From Phallusia mammillata (Eukaryota): a stretch of DNA of 64,000 nucleotides. Location of the stretch: positions 15,314,001 through 15,378,000 of the forward strand of contig OZ281494.1 of the NCBI GenBank assembly GCA_965637545.1. Reading direction: 5' to 3'. The translations under genes were made by a program, and so were the position numbers. Below are positions 57,901 through 64,000 of this stretch, piece by piece. The first letter of the stretch is position 1. Each line of letters begins with the position of its first letter. A model generated the notes under the pieces. It was not told the DNA's origin. It ran no database searches and saw nothing but the letters and a program-made list of their open reading frames with translations.

Positions 57901-60900
57901 GTCAAGAAAGAGTGCTTTAAATTTATTGAAACTTGGACATATGTTAGATATTAATCCAAACTTGGTCCACCTGAAGTTTGACCCCAAATTACTCAGCGGT
58001 TCACCCACAGGCCCCAAAAACATAATTTTCTTAAACAGTGGATTTTAACGCTCGTTTGGTGAAGAAAGAGTGCTTGAAATTTATTCAAATTCGGACATAT
58101 GTTAGTTATTAATCCAAACTTGATCCTCCAGAAGTTTAACCCCGAATTACCCAGCGGTTCACCCACAGGCCCCCGAAACGTAAAATTTTAACGCTCGTTA
58201 GGTAAAGAAAGAGTGCTTCAAATTTATTCAAATTTGGACATATGTTAGTTATTAATCCAAACTTGATCCTCCAGAAGTTTGACCCCGAATTACCCATCGG
58301 TTCACCCACAGGCCCCCGAAACGTAAATGTGTCTAACGCTCGTTTGGTCAAGAAAGACACTGTAGGCAGAAATCCCAAGAGAGTAGCTCAATGGTTTACG
58401 ATAGCAGGAAGGCTCAGCTTGACGTCGGACAGACGTTTTACGAGACGTCGTTTCGGTGATCAGAAATCAGCTGTTTTGCACAGCAATGCTATTTCGTTTT
58501 ATTAAGTTATCACTCACATTTTCAGTTTTGGCAAAGGTTTCACACCTATGACGTGATTTAAACCTAATAAGCGTGCTTCGGTTTCGTATATGTCAAGCAA
58601 AACTTGTTAATCAAAATAAAGATGAAAAAATAAACTTAACATTTTTGCAAGATAAGTGTTTTTCTAAATGCTCGTTGTCAGGTCGGCCGCCGCATGACCA
58701 TGGGTTACTTAAGGTCAACTAGTAGGTATTACTAACACAGTTCGGAACTTTCTTTCGTCATAACGTAGCGTTTTTTTTGCAATCAATGTAGGAATCAATA
58801 ATCAAGGCATGTATAAATTAGGTTAAACAGTGTTGTTGAACAATAAGGACGGCGTGCTATTGAAAACGGTGTCAATAGGTCAAACAGTCGTTTGGCGTGT
58901 GCACCCTGAGAGGTTACTACAGGTCAATGGTTTTGCGAAACAAAGTTAAATGAAAAACAATTTGTTATGTGTACACTTGTAGCAAATTGCTTTTTAATTT
59001 AAAGTGTCTGTAACACAACTGTTACAGCTTTCTAGAAAAAAATGTGTTTAAAACCCGACCTTGGACGACAATATCTGGGTCAAAGCAAGAGATTAAATTA
59101 AAGTATTTGTTTTTTTTTAATGTTTTTGTAATTCTATGACATTAATAGTGCAAAAAGAATACGAACAAATTTTTTTTATTGTTGGGTTGATGCTTTTTAA
59201 AAATTCGTCCTTAAGAATCTAAAAATCACCGCAACATTTGTTTACCGTAAATCTGCACAAACACGCGCGTGGGGACCCATTAGTTTTTGTTTACAAAAAC
59301 AATCATATGTGTAGATCAAATGATGTGTATAGTAAATTGATAAATATCGTATAGAATATATAAAATGGAAGTATATCAGAAAGCCACCCTTCTAGTTATT
59401 AATTTGAATTCGATTCTCCTGAAGTTTGACCGTGAATGAGCCAGCGGTTCACCCACAGGCCCCCGAAACATTTGTTATGTATACTTTTGAACCAAATGCC
59501 TTTTTAGCTTATAGTGTCTGTACTACAACAATTGCAACTCTTTTACAATTGTGTTTAAAAACTGACCTTGGACGACATTATCAAGGTCAATTTAAAAGAT
59601 TAAATTGAAAATGTTTTATCCTTTCTTTTTTACTGTTTTTGTTATTTTCTAATTTATAACAAGGAAGTTATGTTTGACTTTTTGACAGCGGACTCCTTAC
59701 AAAATCAAAATACAGATGACAACTATGAACATCAGTTAAAACTAGCACTAGCTTGGAACAGAAGTGATATGGCAGATTCACATATTCTTACAGACGATTG
59801 CAAAATTTCTCAAGAGTCTTTGACAGAGATATTTGTGACTGCTGTAAAACAGGTGAATATGGCATAATTTCTGATTTTAAGCTTATGTTTTTCACAACCT
59901 TTATCTTTTAACTGTAATTTTGTAATACAACAAGAAAAGTTGAGTTATGTCCTCACATGTGGTGGGTATTTTTTCCATCATGCTCAATTTAAGTACCTAC
60001 TGCACTTGTTTAGGCCTGTCCAAATCATTGGCTTGAAGTTGTTTAAAGCAATGGTTCTCAACCTTTTAAGTTTGCGGACCGGTAAACTTTCAAAAATAAT
60101 TTTGCGGACCGGTGGACTTTCAAATTCAACCCAAAATGTAATCACGACAAAAATATGCAGATCAAAAAAATACGAAAATTCAATTTAATGAGAAGTTTGC
60201 TGCTGTCTGTTTGATATCATACGTGTTAAACGCGGTTCTAATGAAGTTTTTTGCAAGGCGAAGTAGAGCGTTGACTTCCACACGATTTCTCTGCCTTCAA
60301 TATCTTGCATTTTGCAATTGAGATATAAAATTGTAATATATTTGGCGGACCGGCTGGATCGTTGATGTTGACGCGGACCGGTGCCGGTCCGCGGACCGGC
60401 GGTTGAGAACCACTGGTTTAAAGCACCTTTAAAGCAAACTGTCCTATCAAAATGACTTTAATAATCCAATGTCTACCTGCTTTGCCAATCTCTGGTGTAA
60501 ATGAACTTATTTGGTATCAAACTTTGGTAAATACATTTGTGACCTGTAACAACTAATTTCATATCAAGGTTGCACACACTGTAGGCTGGACAGAACAGGT
60601 TAGACTATAGGTTGAACAGAAAGTTTGCACCAAAGACAGGCTGTATAATTTCTAAATGCAAGAATACAAAATGGATTTAAATTTCCATAGATCCGACGGT
60701 TGAGAATGGGCCAAACAAGTTTGGGGGCCACACTCACAATATATAATGCTGGTCTTGTTGAATGTTACAGGATAAACCAGAATTTGTTCGAGTTCTTATT
60801 GACCATGGCGTGAACTTGCAAAACAATTTCAAGTGGGGTCATTTGCTGGATTTGTACCGCAGTGTTTCTGGTACTTTCTATGGGAAAAACATGTTACGCA

Positions 60901-62538
60901 AATACTGTCCTAAAAATGACCTGAAGCAATTTGAAATAAAGAATTTGACAATGTATGAATTTTTATACCTTTATATATCATTTTTTCTGACTAAGTGCAT
61001 GCAAATGTTTTTGATGATGATGGCAAAAAAAAGTTTGTAAAAAATGGGTAAATTTTGTTAGATGTTATATAAATAAATTTATTGACTTTAAATGACCAGA
61101 AGAAAGTCTGTCTTGGGTCATTGCCTGGCTTAACTTTTACCCTTGTATTTTGTTATTTTCTTCAGGCTAATGAAGAAACTTCTTGGTTCATCTTACAAAG
61201 CACAGGTAAACATTAAATTAGTGTGTTGTTGCTCATATATTTAAATACAATACAGTGTGTTCTAAAACATTGTTTTCTTTGGATTCAAAATGTACAGGAA
61301 CCCAGAGATAAACCAGTTGACCCTTTGAGGGAGGTCTTTCAGTGGGCAATTTTATTAAACAAACGAGATATGGCTCGTGTGATTTGGAGAGCAATGTATG
61401 AACAACTGCCTGCTGCTTTTGCTGCTACAGCAATGTTAAAAGGAATTGCTCAAATGAGTGTTGCCAAGTCTTTGGTAAATTGATAAATAATAATCAGATT
61501 TTTCCTATTGGCATTAGAAAATTGGGTTGTTTTTGTGGAATATATAAATGAAGTTTAAAACAATCATAGTACGCCTGTTGCGCATCAACCATAGGCGGCG
61601 AGTTTTACAAAAATGCAAGGTGGCGGACATAAAACTAATGCGTGCAACCATAAAAATTCAAAGTCAAACAAACTTTCTATAGAATGCAACGTTCATCAAA
61701 ATCAGAAAAAAGATATGATTGAAATAATGTTTAGTTCGCTTTAAAGCATTTAAAAAATTCAAAGTCAAACAAACTTTCTATAGAATGCAACGTTCATCAA
61801 AATCAGAAAAAAGATATGATTGAAATAATGTTTAGTTCGCTTTAAAGCATTTAAGAACAGTTTTGTCAAGTATAACCATTTATTAAATCACATTTGCGTG
61901 CAACCATAAAAATTCAAAGTCAAACAAACTTTCTATAGAATGCAACGTTCATCAAAATCAGAAAAAAGATATGATTGAAATAATGTTTAGTTCGCTTTAA
62001 AGCATTTAAGAACAGTTTTGTCAAGTATAACCATTTATTAAATCACATTTGCACTGTACACAACAATGGCCCAACATTCACTGGCAGACAATTGTGTGTT
62101 TGACGTCATAAACAAAGCACTAACCAAAACAGGTTGCAGTTTTAAGCCACATTTTGTGGCTGTATCGCCAGCATGTTTGTTTAAAAGCAAAACTGTTCCT
62201 AATTTTTCTTCAGATTTGACGATATTTCAAACGTTACCACTTCCAACTAACCAAAATATCCACAGTGGCCGCCACCGTGCTTTAAAAACCCAAGGTGGAG
62301 GCGCCACCGCCTACTCAGCGCCTATGGCATCGACACTTTAGGGCTGAGATGATTACATTTCCTTTTTTAGAGGAGTGACTTAAAACAGCATGCTGAAGAA
62401 TACATAACCACCACCAAAGAGGTACTCACTCAATGTATGAAAGAAGATGAGAAAAAGACAAATGACCTGTTAATCAGAAAACTTGAAAAGTGGGGAGACC
62501 TTACATGCTTGCAGTTGGCCGTGGATTCAACAAGCTCA
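54979..62538 (+). CDS. TRPM: TRPM-family cation channel (TRPM2/8-like), N-terminal MHR1-4 region; 3' part not resolved and probably continues past the window
   Basis: 14 frame-continuous exons: 54979-55104, 55165-55224, 55401-55581, 55779-55885, 56122-56190, 56258-56396, 56461-56534, 56600-56738, 56822-56977, 59689-59852, 60771-60952, 61166-61205, 61298-61474 and 62371-62538. Motifs PRLIVSVTGGAKNF, GAWIITGGTNAGVMKHVG, LDKNHTHFVLVDD, QLKLALAWNRSD, DKPEFVRVL, FQWAILLN and WGDLTCLQLA. Confidence 0.93.
56034..56070 (+). other. Degenerate Penelope-type hammerhead-like motif in TRPM intron 4
   Basis: CTGATGA-aggcaacttgcataggtcatt-GAAAC. Stem II pairs poorly. Confidence 0.3.
57456..58357. repeat. 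Intronic tandem repeat of about 143-145 bp (TRPM intron 9), with a further partial copy near 59400-59470
   Basis: Recurrent aacgctcgtttggt.aagaaagagtgctt...cagcggttcacccacaggcccc. Unit starts at 58047, 58190 and 58335, with more diverged copies from 57456. Confidence 0.9.
60049..60415. mobile_element. hAT (Charlie-like) MITE, 367 bp, in TRPM intron 10
   Basis: TIR CAATGGTTCTCAACC / GGTTGAGAACCACTG. Perfect 8-bp TSD GTTTAAAG at 60041-60048 and 60416-60423. Repeated subterminal gcggaccgg motifs. Confidence 0.92.
61640..62052. repeat. Near-identical local triplication (units of 101 and 155 bp) in TRPM intron 13
   Basis: aaaaattcaaagtcaaacaaactttctatagaatgcaacgttcatc... starts at 61652, 61753 and 61908. 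The last two copies share an extra tail. Confidence 0.92.
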
Positions 62539-63207
62539 GTTAGTTCTTGTCTTATTTTGTATTTTAACTTTTTTAACCAAACAAGAGTAACATGAACATG
62601 TTATTAAAAAGAACCATCATTTAGAGAATTTATTATGTTTAAGCAGTACAGTTACAGCGGCTAGACATTTTGTTAAAAAGTACCTAATTTCTCAGAAACA
62701 GAAATCGTTAAGTGTCAAATATTTATTGTATGCATAAATTTTAGCAACTGTGTTTACTTTTTTAAAACCTCATTAAATTTAGTAAACTTTAAATGTTACA
62801 TGTGAGCTGTCTGAACTGAGAAAATATTTGCATTGCTATGCAGTTCCAAGTTGTGCAAAAATATTTGTCAATGTCAAGTGTAAACCTTTTACAGATATAC
62901 AAATATGTCTATTTATCACAGAACAGAGATTCAATCTTCTTTATTCCATTTCTTCATCTTTAATGCACATCCAATTTGTTGAGGAATCGTAATGGTTAAA
63001 TCACCTACATTATAATACCAGTTTGCTGAATGAAAGCCTGTATTTTTGGGCATTATATCAATGAGATGGGTTTAATTAAATTCATGTGGTAAAAAAACAT
63101 AACACCACAATTATATCTAAACCTTCATCAATACTTCCCAATTTTAAATTAGGATATATTGCTAAAATGTGCAGATTTAATGTAACAAATAGCAACATAG
63201 AAATGAT

Positions 63208-63858
63208 CAGTGATGGGGAGGCTTGAGTCAGTGACTTGACTTGAGTCACCTTTTTCAATAACTTGACTTCACTCGAGTCTGATCTGTGAAAAGACTTGAT
63301 TTGACTTGGACTTGTTATTCCTTCAAACTTGAAGTAAATTTCTTAACAGAAATCATGTGCATTTGGCTTCAACCACAGCAGCACTTTACTCTTCTAGGCA
63401 TAGTTATTATTGCTTTTTTCATGTAACAAAGCCGCTGTTACATGCAAAAACTTCCTTCCTGCTGCATTTGGGCATTGTAGTTGCTGTTTTTTTTTAAGCG
63501 AATGTAGTACTTTTCACTACCAAGTATTTGCTTTTAAGCACTTACTTTACTGTACAAACACTCTACTAGTGCATGCAGTAAAAATATGAATTTTGGGGTT
63601 TTGACATTCCTGTTGATACTGTTTAATGAGTGTCAATTAATGGTGTTTCATTAAAATTGACTGTTCTCAAAGAAGGGGACACCATTGATAGGTTATCTTT
63701 GATGTAATGAAGTAGTGACAATTTTTAAGAGAAAAATGTCATGATGAACTATTATACAAGATCTATACAAATAAGACTCAAAACTTCATTTGACTTGACT
63801 TGGGAATCAAACCCCTAATGACTTGAGACTCAACTGATAGGACTCGTTACGACTCCTG
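63208..63858. mobile_element. Old hAT-like non-autonomous element with GACTT(G) subterminal arrays
   Basis: Starts with cagtgatgg and ends with ctcctg. Clusters of gacttgactt near both ends. Flanks gaaatgat / ggaatgag match at 6 of 8 positions (possible decayed TSD). Confidence 0.5.
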
Positions 63859-64000
63859 GGAATGAGCATCATCTATCAGTCTTATCAATCTTGCAGCTCT
63901 CAAACTTATTTAGTATCTTTCACGCTATTCCCAATACAGTAAAACAGCTCATTGACAGTTTTCATACATTTTGGTAATTGTAGATTTTACATTTCACATT

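Noticed and set aside
57456-62052. CRISPR-like interpretation of the regularly spaced repeats
   Set aside because: The units are long tandem copies without unique spacers, in introns of a eukaryotic gene, and there are no cas genes.
62800-63000. Next TRPM exon after 62538
   Set aside because: No frame gave the expected continuation (F..H...Q..L...W.G). Left unassigned.

Overview
Eukaryotic, AT-rich, intron-containing animal DNA. Many introns are 50-80 nt, which suggests a compact invertebrate-chordate genome such as an ascidian; this taxonomic guess is inference. All recognisable host genes are on the + strand. In order they are: a possible 3' gene fragment with a PY motif, a complete 7-exon NXPE-family gene (3400-7556), a 3-exon GT7/beta-1,4-glycosyltransferase gene with two very large introns (12923-26319), three tandem intact 8-exon uridine phosphorylase paralogs (32846-44575), and the first 14 exons of a TRPM-family channel (54979 to at least 62538). 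Between the last UPP copy and TRPM lies a very young, intact BEL/Pao LTR retrotransposon (45891-53556; 703-bp LTRs with one mismatch, CATAG target-site duplication, single 2032-aa ORF). Introns and spacers hold several hAT and Harbinger non-autonomous elements with visible TIRs and TSDs, an RTE-like LINE remnant, Penelope-type hammerhead-like motifs and local tandem repeats. The most unusual items are: (1) a 642-bp TSD-flanked dimeric element in a UPP intron with two identical, fully paired tRNA cloverleaves bearing a non-canonical anticodon loop, each followed by a 5S-rRNA-like segment; (2) a GT7 enzyme with the GalNAc-type donor residue and an extra C-terminal transmembrane-like tail; (3) a shared Gly-to-Glu change beside the catalytic Gln in all three UPPs; (4) intron-like segments in the LTR upstream of a TRPM exon that begins with an in-frame ATG. 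Exon structures were reconstructed by hand from GT-AG signals, frame continuity and remembered family motifs. No database searches were run.
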